From assembly GCA_030141605.1 (NCBI GenBank), contig JAQGDQ010000753.1:37728-101727 (forward strand): a stretch of 64,000 bases of DNA, read 5' to 3'. Shown piece by piece: positions 51,805 to 64,000 of the stretch. Made by a program: the position numbers and the translations under genes. The notes under the pieces are model-generated. The model was not told where the DNA came from. It did not search any database and saw nothing but the letters and a program-made list of their open reading frames with translations. This DNA comes from Tubiluchus corallicola (taxonomy: Eukaryota > Animalia > Priapulida). Within the stretch, counting starts at the first letter, position 1; each line of letters opens with the position of its first letter.

Positions 51805-51980
51805 TGAGACTAGAATGAGATAAAATAGAATAGAATAGAATAGAATAGAATAGAATAGAATAGAATAGAATAGAATAGAATAGAATAGAATAGAAAAATA
51901 AAATACAACAGAACAGAATATAGTAAAAATGTAATAGAGTAGAATAGAACCGAGCAGAACACAATGGAACAGAACAGAAA
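51805..51980. repeat. (AATAG)n microsatellite
   Basis: Direct reading. Confidence 0.92.
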
Positions 51981-52368
51981 GTTAATATTTTGTTTACATT
52001 ACGATATCCATAGTGAAACTACAGTTGCCAAAAACAACCTCGGTTACTGTAACGCACCGCTGATTTTTACCCACAGCGTGCACTACTCGGGGTTACGGTT
52101 AAGGTCACGATAATTTGCACAGTAAATTGTAAGAATTACTATATTTATATTGTCACGTGTAATTAAAGTAGAACTGTTTGCAGTTGTGCGCCTAGCTAAT
52201 CATAGTAGCTCTTGTGTATCGTTCACAACCCAGTGCAATCATTCGGTATAATAAGTGCTTTTGCCGTGAGAAGTTCTCCCTTATTGCCTGTTTTGTACTT
52301 AAGTCGACAAAAGGCGACGTTGTAAAAATAGGTGTTTCATACTAGAATATGGCCAGTGTTGTAGTATA

Positions 52369-53838
52369 GGTTTTACATGTCAAATGTAGACCTGCGTTTA
52401 CTCAAATGTAGATTTAGGTAATTCAAATGTGTCTTGGTAACTCAAATGTAGATTTAGGTAGTTCAAATGTGTTAACAATGGTTTTCAAGAAATCTTAAGC
52501 GTTTTTGGTCAGTCAAATGTAGACACATGTCAAGTCAAATGAGACATTGGTATCTCAAATGTGGATAGGTGGTAAAGTTCAAGGATGTTAACAATTGCTC
52601 TTAAGTTAAAATAACAACGTTGTACGTTCACTAATATTCTGCAAACTTTACATACCATTGGAACTGTTAGACAAAACAATACATTCTTAAAATAAACAAT
52701 GTTTCTTGAAGAAAAACCAATTCATTAATGCAGTGCTAATGCATTACTTAAAAAACTAATGAGTGATTCACTGTTCGTTGGGAAGTGGGAACCGATTTAT
52801 TCTTCTCTGCCGACATTTTTTGTAAAACGTTAACAAATAAAATGTAGAATTGGTGTATATATTAATAATTGTTTAATTGTTAACTTATTTACATACATAA
52901 CTTATTTATGTACAACACTTTTAAGTGTTTTTATCAAATAAACACTTTCTTTTTATTTGAAAAATGTATTAACGTCCATACAAATAGTTGCAAATTAATT
53001 AAATATCACAAAAATTGATGCTGCCGATAGCACCATGACCATAAAATATTATTTTAATTTGGTATTATCTTTTTGTAATTTGCACTTAAATGAGTTAATT
53101 ACCGATTTATTCAAAGTACCGCATCTACATTTGACTTACCTAAGTCACATTTGAGTTACCAAAGCACTTTCGAAATTCCTATGTCTACATTAGACTTACC
53201 TAAGTCACATTTGAGTTACCAAAACACATTCGAAATTCCTGTGTCTACTTACCTAAGTCACATTTGAGTTACCAAAACACATTCGAAATTCCTGTCTACA
53301 TTTGACTTACCTAAGTCACATTTGAGTTACCAAAACACATTCGAAATTCCTATGTCTACATTTGACTTACCTAAGTCACATTTGAGTTACCAAAACACAT
53401 TCGAAATTCCTATGTCTACATTTGACTTACCTAAGTCACATTTGAGTTACCAAAACACATTCGAAATTCCTATGTCTACATTTGACTTACCTAAGTCACA
53501 TTTGAGTTACCAAAACACATTCGAAATTCCTATGTCTACATTTGACTTACCTAAGTCACATTTGAGTTACCAAAACACATTCGAAATTCCTATGTCTACA
53601 TTTGACTTACCTAAGTCACATTTGAGTTACCAAAACACATTCTAAATTCCTGTGTCTACATTTGACTTACCTAAGTCACATTTGAGTTACCAAAACACAT
53701 TCGAAATTCCTGTGTCTACATTTGACTTACCTAAGTCACATTTGAGTTAGCAAAACACATTCGAAATTCCTATGTCTACATTTGACTTACCTAAGTCACA
53801 TTTGAACTTTCCTATGTCTACATTTGACGTGTAAAACC
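52369..53838. mobile_element. MITE family C, copy 4 (longest) with expanded 60-bp tandem array at 53124-53815
   Basis: Same termini; four consecutive 60-nt lines (53341-53580) are identical. Confidence 0.9.
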
Positions 53839-54804
53839 TACAGTAGGTTTCCACTGTGCATGGAGTACCTGCCGAACTAAGCCATACATTGCATTTAATG
53901 GTGACCATTCTCTGCCAAAAAGCGAGTTCGAATTTGCGACTTTCGAACACGAATCAAACCGAATTTCAGCATTTGTAATTTACTGGGTGAAAATATTTAC
54001 AAAGGTATACGGTCATTAATTACAAAGTAGCAGGCGAGACAAATATATGTACAAGATAGTACGTAGCACGTTACAAAACAAAAAAAAAACATTATCTTAT
54101 TCAGTTTTAAAATTTTCGTATAATTTTGGAATCCCGAATAATATGCAGCTCTTTAAAAAAGATCATGCATATTGCTTGATTTTATTCTGCAGTAAAACAC
54201 TAATAATTTGCTTAAAAACCGTGTAGTGAAATTGCAGCTAAAGTGTGCTGATTGCAAACGTTTGAAACATTTTAATAATAAGGAACATGTGTAGTTGATG
54301 TAGTGATTTATTGAATCCATTATTTTAAGTTCGAATCGAATTAGAACTAAAAAAATGAATCGAATTCGGACATTCGATGCTCACCACTAGTCTTCAGGCC
54401 TTATAATTGTTTAAGTGTTTTGTGCAAGATTTCCTGATTTCATTTTTCGTAAAAAAAATTGCCAACTCAAAACGCCTCCTTTAACAGTAAGTATAGCGGG
54501 GGTTTCCACGACAGAAGTGACGCCATAGCGGCGGTTTCTACGACAGAAGTGACGCCATATCGGCGCTCCCGTTTACCTTTATCTGATTGGACAATCTGCT
54601 GTCCTCTTTGTTTTCAGCTCCTGTTTCTTTTGTTGGAAGTAGATGTGCCTGATGTCTGCAGTAAACATCAAGCCAGGCTCTACGACAGATGGTATTGATA
54701 AAAGATCTGCCAGTAGCCTACACTATACAATATCCTAAATATGCAAGATGTTAAAGTTTAATTAAATTAACGAAAATATAGCCTAAACTGCATTTGATTT
54801 ATGA

Positions 54805-55286
54805 CAGGGGTGTGCAAATTATCTGACTAGCCGGGCCACATTAGACTTTCCCGCAATTCCTGCGGTCCACAGGCAGTTTGATCAAGGAGCCAAGTGCAGA
54901 AAGGCCTAATAACGATTTTTTTGCATCCGACCTGCGTACATCATTACTACTGCAATCAAGAAACTATTTTAGAAGTTATTAAAATTTATATTACAAACCA
55001 TATATTTCTACCTTCAGGACAGATAGTGGTACTTTCATTACAATGCATATTAGTAATGTGTATCACACTGTCTGTGTAGTACAGTGACATTAAGCTACAA
55101 CCGTCTTGTAAGGGTTAATGGCATCCGATCTAGTAGAAAAAACTACCCGCACTATCTTTGGGATCGTGGCACGGACTTCAGCTGGATACACTCAATTAAT
55201 CGCCCGGGCCGCAGTTTCATTAGGTTGACAAATGTTTTCGCGGGCCGCACAAATTCTCCCGGCGGTCCGCAATTTGCACACCCCTG
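54805..55286. mobile_element. Family B, internally deleted copy in reverse orientation
   Basis: Same TIRs; perfect TSD atttatga. Confidence 0.92.
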
Positions 55287-56037
55287 ATTTATGACAACTC
55301 TTTTTGCTTTTTGTTAAATTTCACTAAAATTGAATTAGTCCTTTACCAGAAAAGTTTCACTTTAATCAGCAATTTGCTTCCCAGTAGCCTCAGGATTGTT
55401 GTTGTCGTCGCCATCGTCATCGCTGCTGTTGTTGTTCTTGTTGCAGTTGCTGCTGTTGCTGCTCAGAATACACTGGTTGATGATCGAATCACTGCACTCC
55501 TTCCTTCAAATCCTCATAAATCAATCAGCATGGTACACGTTCTACCTGTGTTTCAATTTGTGTGTTAGCAGGGACTGACTTATCAAAATGGTACAGTACC
55601 GATGATAAATTTACACAAGAAACCTGTGGTGGAAAAGTCATTTTTCCTAAACCACGGGCAGCCAGTAGTCTGAACTTTTTCAAGTCTTCTTTCGCTGCTT
55701 AATTCCATAGCCTCATTTCATCTAAATTTATATTCCTTGCGAAAATTTTAATCCGGAAATTGCAATGCGGTTGCCATGGTTACGAGCTGGCAAACGCTGT
55801 TATTGCCCGTCTGAATCTTATATCTAGCGCGCCAAACAAAGTAGAAATTCGTGTTTATTGAAATTATTGCTCTGCTATATTGTCATTGTCCTTAGCACAT
55901 ATTTTTCTTTAATGTTTTACATGAATATTATTTTACATGCATGCGAAACAAAAGCTCAAAGGTCAAGGTCACAGCGAATAATGGAGTGGTTCGTGCTATA
56001 AGATTAGTCTAACATAAGTGAGATTTTAACATAGGAC

Positions 56038-56255
56038 CAGAGCCTATTTCAGCCTAAGCGAGACCGGGGAAGTGGGGCGTGTGAGGCCCCCTCTGGGGGG
56101 GGGGGTGCGGGGCGTGCAGCAACAGAGAGAGAGAGAGGGGGAGAGAGGAGGCAGTATGTTCGCATAAAGCAAAAAAAATGTTACCTCGGCGCGAGGCCCC
56201 CTGGAGGGTGAGGCCCCGGGGAAGTATTCCCACTTACCCCCTGAAATAGGGCCTG
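56038..56255. mobile_element. MITE family E, copy 3 (short)
   Basis: Perfect 8-bp TSD cataggac. Confidence 0.92.
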
Positions 56256-56477
56256 CATAGGACTGAAGGGTCAAAGATCAAAGGTTAGAAGCAAAGGTCA
56301 CAGGAACGATAGAAATGGCTGGTGACCATGTGCGAGAGAAAGTGAAAAAATGGGCAAGTGATAGAATGGCAAAAAGAGAGTGACAGAAATAGATGGATGG
56401 AATGTAGATAGATGGAGAAAGGGATCGATGGAGGCAGAGGGAGTAAGACAGACAGACAGACAGGCAGACCGACCGAC

Positions 56478-56479
<2 letters not shown>

Positions 56480-56535
<56 letters not shown>
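56480..56535. repeat. (GA)n microsatellite
   Basis: Direct reading. Confidence 0.95.
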
Positions 56536-56539
<4 letters not shown>

Positions 56540-57404
56540 TGAGCAAAAGAGAGCGAGAGAGAGACAAAGAGAACGTACTTTGATCATATCACACATATGT
56601 TTATTGCTTTTAAAAAGGTAAATAAATGTCGTAATAAAAATTCATGTATATCTTTGCGATCGTACTCACAAATACGTGTTCGAATTCATAAAATATTAAA
56701 ACTGATCATAATGTAAATATAAGGGCTCGCTTATCGATTATCACACTTTGGTTGCTGAATCCTTCTAACATTTTTCGCGGGCATATAACATTCTTGTGCA
56801 TAATACTTGTGAATCGTTTGAAGTTAAATCTAATTTAGGCATAATACGTTATTAACCGTTCATAGTGTGAAACTGGAAACATTTAATGTAATTGCTGATC
56901 TGAGCCTGCAAAAAGAGGCACCTTTTTGTATATACGTTCATTTCTTGAACTTGAATAAAGATTTATTATTATATATAATAAAACATATTTCGCGAGCATT
57001 AAAACAAGTTTAATTATCTTCCCTGACGGTTTGGCCTTTCCTTTAAAAGTCTTTTGTAAATGTGGCCATTCTAGCAGACGGAATGGCCACACTTGTTGTT
57101 TTTAAAACACTTTGGTGATACATGCATTTTCTTATAATATCTTCACGCTTTTTGCTCACTATTTGTCTTGCTAATCTTGTATTATTTGTTAATAATTTTT
57201 TTAATTTTTTACTTCTTCCTGCGAAGCAATGATTGTTAGAAATTGTATTCATAAAATTAATGCGGCTTTCTGTTGTGGAGATCATTTTTCTTTCAAGATG
57301 AGCTCGCCATTGTGGTCGCAACATTAAATTGATTTTACTACTTATGAGTTTATCACGATTTTATTGCTGAAAACTCTTAATATTTTTCTCAAATTATAAA
57401 ATAC

Positions 57405-57773
57405 TGTTGTGGAGATCGCTGGCATCTATTAGAATTAAATAGAACATTGTAGAATGTTCCATTAAAATAATCGTCTTACCTTGTAGAATGTTCTAGAAAG
57501 AAACGTCTAGAATGTTCCCTGGCACCCTATATAAGGCAAAGCAGGCCGCTGAGAGGGGCACACAGATTCACACGGACACCACTTACACATTCCCTTGTAT
57601 ATTTGCATTTTCATATACACTTAATCGTTTTCCAGATTTTCACGTTTAGTGTAATCATTTCGTGTTCCTTCATACTTTTGTGTTGTAGAATTCTCGCTTA
57701 ATAAATTAGTTTAATTTGATGAAGTCTTTTTTGGTTTTCTTTACGAGCCTTCCGAGAGAAACAAAACACAACA
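57405..57773 (+). mobile_element. Solo LTR, same family
   Basis: tgttgtggagatcgc...aaaacacaaca; ccctatataagg and aataaa inside; no clean TSD. Confidence 0.72.
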
Positions 57774-59129
57774 TTTTCTAAAAATCGTCTGGTGGAATTC
57801 GGTAGTTCAATATGTATCATTTTTGAAAACTGTACTGGTCACATGGGTCTAGCCTCAGATTCACAACCCACGACCATGACACATTTCCAACTCTGGTCTG
57901 CGATCTTAGAAAAACATTCTTATTGTGGAAGAAGAGCTCAGAACTTATCTCAATCTAAAGTATTCACTGCTGTAAATTTCTAGAATTTTGCATGATAGAA
58001 ACGAAAATTCACAATAATCCACGAATTGCTAATTGCATTTGGGCAAAGAGTCTTAGCATAACATTAAATTCCTGAATTTGCCTAAATCAATTACATCATT
58101 AACATGGAATAACTTTCATCAATAAACCTCAATATCAGCATCCTCTTGGGGTTGAGACAAGTCAGCATCTTCTTCAGCATCCCAAGATTCACGTCAATGC
58201 TTACCCGGCCAATTTGCCTAATTGGCTTCGATGGCGTAAAATTACTGTAAACTAGACGTTGGTCTGCACACGTGCTTAGCCTAATTACTGTATTCCGCAA
58301 GGATCATCTGCATTAGGCATGATATGGGACTATTATGTATTTGAGGGATGTAATTCGTGATACACAAGAGATGACCTTTATTTCGTATTATGGAATTCTG
58401 CGAGAAAGCCATAATTTTTACAAATTTCTATACCAGTGGGCTTTTTACCAATTGGTTAACTAGGTAGCCTAAGGCGCCAAGTTTTAAGGATCCCTGTCAA
58501 AGAAATTCTTATTCTCGGAAAATGCATATCCTAGAATATTCATATGAAGGTCGTAAAATATAACACACCATAAGCAGTTACAAATTCCGCTTTTATATAA
58601 ACGCTGGATAACAAGTACAATTATTACGTAAAAGGAACTTCACCACAAGTTATTGCGCAATCTGCTTAGATATAAGCGCTATGCTAATACACGTTATTAA
58701 CATTACAATAGCCACATGGGTATTGAGTACAGTAATAATTCAACTAACACAACACAGGTAATTGTTTAGCGCGTTTAGATATAAGCATTAAGCAACCATA
58801 ACGAATCCATAATAAAGATGGCCTGGAGTGAAACATCATCAGCTTAGGTAGCCGTAAAGTCTTGATACGCCCCTGGTTATGGTCACGTGGTATGTATTTC
58901 TGAAGAATGTGTAATGCAAGCCCGAAGGTCTGTTTTATATTGACCACCTAGTTTGTTTATTTATGTAAGCAATAAGCTCCCCCGGTTGTAATATACAACA
59001 AAGAGTTTGAAATTTAATTAAACAAAAGTTATTGCTATCAAGTCAGAAAGCGAAAGAGACATGGAGAGAAAGACGAGGAAGGGAGAGACACAGAGAGAAA
59101 TGAGATAATTACAGTGAAAAAAGACAGCC

Positions 59130-59190
59130 AGAGAGAGAGAGAAAACGGGAGAGAGAGAGAGAGAGAGAGAGAGAGGGGGAGAGAGAGAGA

Positions 59191-59243
<53 letters not shown>

Positions 59244-59323
59244 GGAGAGAGAGAGAAGGGAGAGAGAGAGAGAAAGAGAGAGAGAGAGCGAGAGAGAGAG
59301 AGAGTAGGGAGAGAGAGAGAGAG
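59130..59323. repeat. Interrupted (GA)n microsatellite
   Basis: Direct reading. Confidence 0.95.
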
Positions 59324-60364
59324 AATTTTCTTTGTTTATCTGACTCCAACGTTTATTGCTTTAAACAAGGTCGACAAATATCGTAATCAAAATTCGTGTA
59401 AGGTTGCAAAGTTCTTTCGTTTCTTTCATTGCTGAAAAATACAACATTTAACTGTAATTTTGTATTACTAACACTGAAAATAACCTTTTTGCACAAAGTT
59501 TTTATGAATTAACTTTATATGTATGCACTATTTGACATTTGTTTTGCCAATGTACATTATAATTATGTATTTGAGCAATAAATTGAAATGAATTGAAACT
59601 ACGCTAATTGTGTCATATTTTTTAGTAACGTCGGTAAATAGAACATCACAAAAAGTCATTGACGGAAAAGGCAATATTTCATTGCAGCTCTATAAACACT
59701 AGAACTGTGAGCACCTGCTTAATAATTTAGTCCCGCTTTGCCATAGTCCCATATTGATTTGCCCTCCGGCTATATTATTCTGCTGTATATACCTGCTAAT
59801 TGCTTTGCTATACCTGTGTGGCGCGCATCCACATGTGATACATGTACAGGGAAAAAGGTGCTTAAAAGTGTTTTGTGATACAAAAGGACGTTAAGCCAAT
59901 AATGTGCGTTCTGCTGTATATCACCCACTTGATTTAATGCGGAAATTGGTTGATGTACGTAATCGTTTTGTTCGGGGGGATGGGGTGGGTGGGTAGTTGT
60001 CTCAGTAGGCGCAGCCTTCGCGCACCTGTGCTTGCGTAGCACCTGGGAGGACAGTGACAAAGGATTTGGGGAGGTCAGTGACAGCAGCTGGTTGCCTGGT
60101 AACCAGTTTTGTGGAGATAGTTTTGTTACACAGGTTAGGCTTTGGTGCGAAGATTAGCTGTGAGTTCCACTCAATAGCGAATGCGCAAAACTTTTAAGGT
60201 GGAAATTCCAAAATAATTATTTTAATAGCGTAGTCAGATCTATTATAATTGCATGATCGTGTGAGTTCAGGCGTGAAGTTACAAGTTTCGAAATTTAGAA
60301 CTTAATTGTACTGAAAGTTTACTCTTTCCCTCCCTCTCTCTCCTCTCTGTCCTTTCGCTCTCCT

Positions 60365-60575
<211 letters not shown>

Positions 60576-61255
60576 CTATTTCTTTGCCTATCTAGATAGG
60601 TATAGATAGACACCATTATTTCAGACCTCGTCCATGTAGCATAAATAGAATTATATAAAAGGTATAAAACTGCAAACTACATACCAATATATACAAAGAC
60701 AAATTTGTCTCTCTCTTCCTTTTTCTCTACTCCATCCTCACCTGTTTCGCCTGCTCTGCCCGAGGTAAGAGTTTACTTGAAAAGGGAAACCACGTTCAGT
60801 GCACAAAAAATGATGTCAAGGTTGAATTAAGTCACTGCCGAAAAAAAATTACTGAACGTCAGTCCTAAGTCATAAGAAGAGTCATAAGGCACAGACAGGC
60901 CCAATGAGAAAACAATTGTCGCATTATATGTCTAAAATGGACCCAGCAATCTATCGTCTTAGAGGAAGTTCAACTTATCCTTCATTTTGCGGAAGAACTT
61001 TTGCTAAGAGGGTCTAAGAGGTTCTCTTCTTTCAATGCTGGCCCGATTTTCAGGAATTATTGTTTCTGTGCTTTGACATGCAGTGCTGTAGTGTCCGTGC
61101 AGGGTAGGCGTTTCTGATGTGATAGCCTTGATATCAAAGATATATTAAATTTTAGAAACTACTTGAATAACTGGTTTGAGGCTTTCTAAGTAGCCCTTGC
61201 TATCGGTTATTCAACCTTGCGAATCAATATTCTATTTGTTAGTTGACCACTAAAC

Positions 61256-61677
61256 CAGGGGCGGAACTAGATGTGGCAAGCAGGGGGGGGCGCAAAAACT
61301 TTCTGGGGGGCGAGGTATCCGAAGTGGTTAAATAATGGTTAAGCCAATTTTTAACCCCTTTTATACTGCATGCAGGCCTATAATTAGCGTGCGTGTAAGA
61401 CGGCGTAGCGGACAAAGCAATAATGAGAAAATTAACTCTCAGTTAACCTAACGTTATTACTGTGCCTCTAACTAAATTGTTATTTACAGAAATTTATCAC
61501 ACACAAGTTTTAAGAAAATAATACACTGAAGCTACCAAACATTTTTTTACCTAATTCTAATTCATATTGAAAATGATTACATGCGAACTGCAATTTTCAC
61601 TGCAAAAAAATTATTTGTCCGATTTTGCAGGGGGGGGGCGCCCCCGCCCCCCTCGCTCCCCCCTAGTTCCGCCCCTA
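61256..61677. mobile_element. hAT-type MITE
   Basis: TIR caggggcggaactag...ctagttccgccccta; perfect TSD cactaaac. Confidence 0.9.
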
Positions 61678-62205
61678 CACTAAACGAACTTGAATTCACC
61701 AGTAACGTACCTTCTCTATATCTTACACTATCGACCCTTTTTTATGTAGAATTTGAGAGCAGTTTTGGGGGGATGGACAGAGGGTCACCGGACAAAGGAC
61801 CACCCAGACAAAGGACCACCCCGGGCAAAGATTCACCTGAAAAGACAAATCGCCACCAGACAAAGAACCACCAAGCAAATGTCAAAACGCCAAAATACTG
61901 TTTTTATGCATCGCATCGCAGATTAAAAAAATTAAAAAATTTCAAAAATGTTAAAAAAATAAAATTTAAATCCTTAAAAGCGTTTAATATGTAAAAAATC
62001 TCAATTTGAAAATCATTATGTTCAACGAAACAGTTTGGAAATAGTACGTTGATGTGTAGCTCATAACAATTTGTTTCATTTTTATTCACAAATTTATTTT
62101 GAACAAAACACTTCAATATAAAACTTTTCATTTGTTTGACATGGTAATGACGTGATCCGTGAGAGCCACGCCTTACCTTTAACAGGCCTTTCTTCGCTAG
62201 GTAAC

Positions 62206-62636
62206 ATTCGAGGCTACAGCCCGGACGAGGGCACCATTTGCGGCGATCTATATATCAAACGAAAGGTCTCGATCTAGTGTCGTGCCATTGATGGTTTATT
62301 TTTCGAATCGGGCCCACCGGGAGGAACGGGGGGCGAAAAACCTCCAAAAATGGCCCTTTTTCGGCCGTTTTTTGCAAAAGTTATACGGCTGAGATGTAGA
62401 GAACGGGAACGGGCCGAGGGGGGTGCTGGGTATGGATAGATAGCCCGTTCAGCGGTGGGTGTAGTAGGCATATTTAGAATTCCCGAGAGGGCCACGGGGT
62501 CCCGCAACGGGCGTTTTCCCGGACCCAACTCGCGATTTTTTCGAAATTTTGACCAAACAGCCTGCGGAACAAACGTTCTAGCGTCGCCCAGTGGGACTCT
62601 AGGAAGGAGATATATAGCTCTTTACAAAGAGGAAGG
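62206..62636. mobile_element. Family D, copy 2
   Basis: attcgaggctacagc...ggagatatatagct...aaagaggaag, colinear with the reverse complement of 17978-18406. Confidence 0.75.
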
Positions 62637-63107
62637 ACAGGGCTACACGATGATGTAGGCTACATTTTAGGGCAGGTCCACCGAGAGGAGTACCGAGGAG
62701 TTAATTGGATGTTCTATTTTCGACAATTTTCGCTTAGAAAATTGCTGACGCAAAGGCATTGTTGTGACGTCATCCATTGTATTCTGTCTATAATCTTATA
62801 GCTTTAATTCAGTAAAAGCTGCTGCTTTGCGTTAGGTAAGTAAACATACAGTAGGCAGGATGTTACGGGCTTTGCGTAATAAATGAGGACTAAGTAGAAT
62901 GTTCGCGTGTTATTGATTATATGTGGTTTTTTACGCAAAATCTTTTGCGGGGCCTTTGCTATTTATTATATTATAGCACATAGTTTCAACTTTGTGAAAA
63001 ATGTTTGGAATGGGTTTGTAGTAATGCTGTGCTGTTGGTGCTTGTGCTATAGGTGTCGTCATCGTTGCCACCATCATCATCATCATCAACATCATGATCA
63101 CCACGTG

Positions 63108-64000
63108 AGGTGGTGGATTTGATGTGGTGTGGTGGTGGTGTGTTTTGTGTGTTGTGCTATGGATGGTGGATGGTATGGTGGGGTGGTAGGGCATGTGGGG
63201 TGTGGTGTGGGTAGTGTGGTATGGAGTGGGTGGCATGGTGTGTGGGTGGGTGGGTGTTGTGGTGCAGTGTGGTGTTATGGTGTGGTGCAGTGTGGTGTGA
63301 TGTGGTGGAGTATTATGGTGTGGGTGGTGTGGTGTGGTGTGGTGTGTGGGTGGTGCGATGTGGTGTGGTGCAGTGGTATGGTGTGGTGCAGTGTGGTGTG
63401 ATGTGGTGGAGTCGTATGGTGTGGGTGGTGTGGTGTGGTGTGTGGGTGGTGCGGTGTGCTGAAGTGGTATGGTGTGGTGCAGTGTGGTGTGATGTGGTGG
63501 AGTGGTATGGTGTGGGTGGTGTGGTGTGGTGCAGTGTGGTGTTATGGTGTGGTGCTGTGCGGTGTGATGTGGTGGAGTATTATGGTGTGGGTGGTGTGGT
63601 GTGTGGGTGGTGCAGTGGTATGGTGTGGTGCAGTGTGGTGGAGTGGTATGGTGTGGGTGGTATGGTGTTATGGTGTGGTGCTGTGCGGTGTGATGTGGTG
63701 GAGTATTATGGTGTGGGTGGTGTGGTGTGTGGGTGGTGTGGTGTGGTGTGTGGGTGGTGCAGTGGTATGGTGTGGTGCAGTGTGGTGTGATGTGGTGGAG
63801 TGGTATGGTATGGTGTGGTGCGGTGTGATGTGGTGGAGTGGTATGGTGTGGGTGGTGTGGTGTGTAGGTGGGTGGGTGGTGTGGTGCAGTGTGGTGTTAT
63901 GGCGTGGTGCTGTGCGGTGTGATGTGGTGGAGTATTATGGTGTGGGTGGTGTGGTGTGTGGGTGGTGCAGTGGTATAGTGTGGTGTGATGTGGTGGAGTG
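63108..64000. repeat. GT-rich (TGTGG)n-based low-complexity array, runs off window
   Basis: tggtg/tgtgg pentamers with recurring higher-order blocks (gatgtggtggagtattatggtgtggg). Confidence 0.92.

Noticed and set aside
53322-53645. 20-aa repeat protein ORF
   Set aside because: Stop-free frame of the 60-bp tandem array inside a MITE.
58434-58874. Additional hAT MITE (cagtggg...gatacgcccctg)
   Set aside because: Termini are suggestive but TIRs match poorly and there is no TSD, so it was not called.
62907-64000. Cys/Trp/Val-rich ORFs or telomeric repeat
   Set aside because: Degenerate TGTGG low-complexity array, not TTAGGG/TTAGG; the ORFs are by-products.

Overview
AT-rich animal (invertebrate-like) nuclear DNA. 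(1) Twelve consecutive GT-AG exons of the splicing DEAH helicase DHX38/Prp16 lie on + (1-24424). The gene is entered mid-CDS, and I could not find its C-terminal exons in the remaining 39.5 kb. (2) A 7-exon gene on - (32375-26054, about 599 aa) is not captured by the ORF track. It encodes signal peptide, SUEL/Gal-lectin-like domain, one TM helix and a long Tyr-motif-rich tail. (3) A class-2 DYRK kinase with a single coding exon (DYRK2-like, 38170-39888, +) has a near-identical 1825-bp inverted partial duplicate (34402-36226). The duplicate encodes a kinase cut at subdomain IX and appears to sit, in sense, in the first intron of the lectin-receptor gene behind a probable bidirectional promoter. 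(4) Repeats are dense: 5S-rRNA-headed SINEs with RTE tails, a short RTE element starting at a twister-ribozyme cleavage site, several hAT, Tc1 and piggyBac-type MITE families, two solo LTRs, a MITE amplifying a 60-bp satellite, and many micro/minisatellites. All calls were made by eye; no database search was run.
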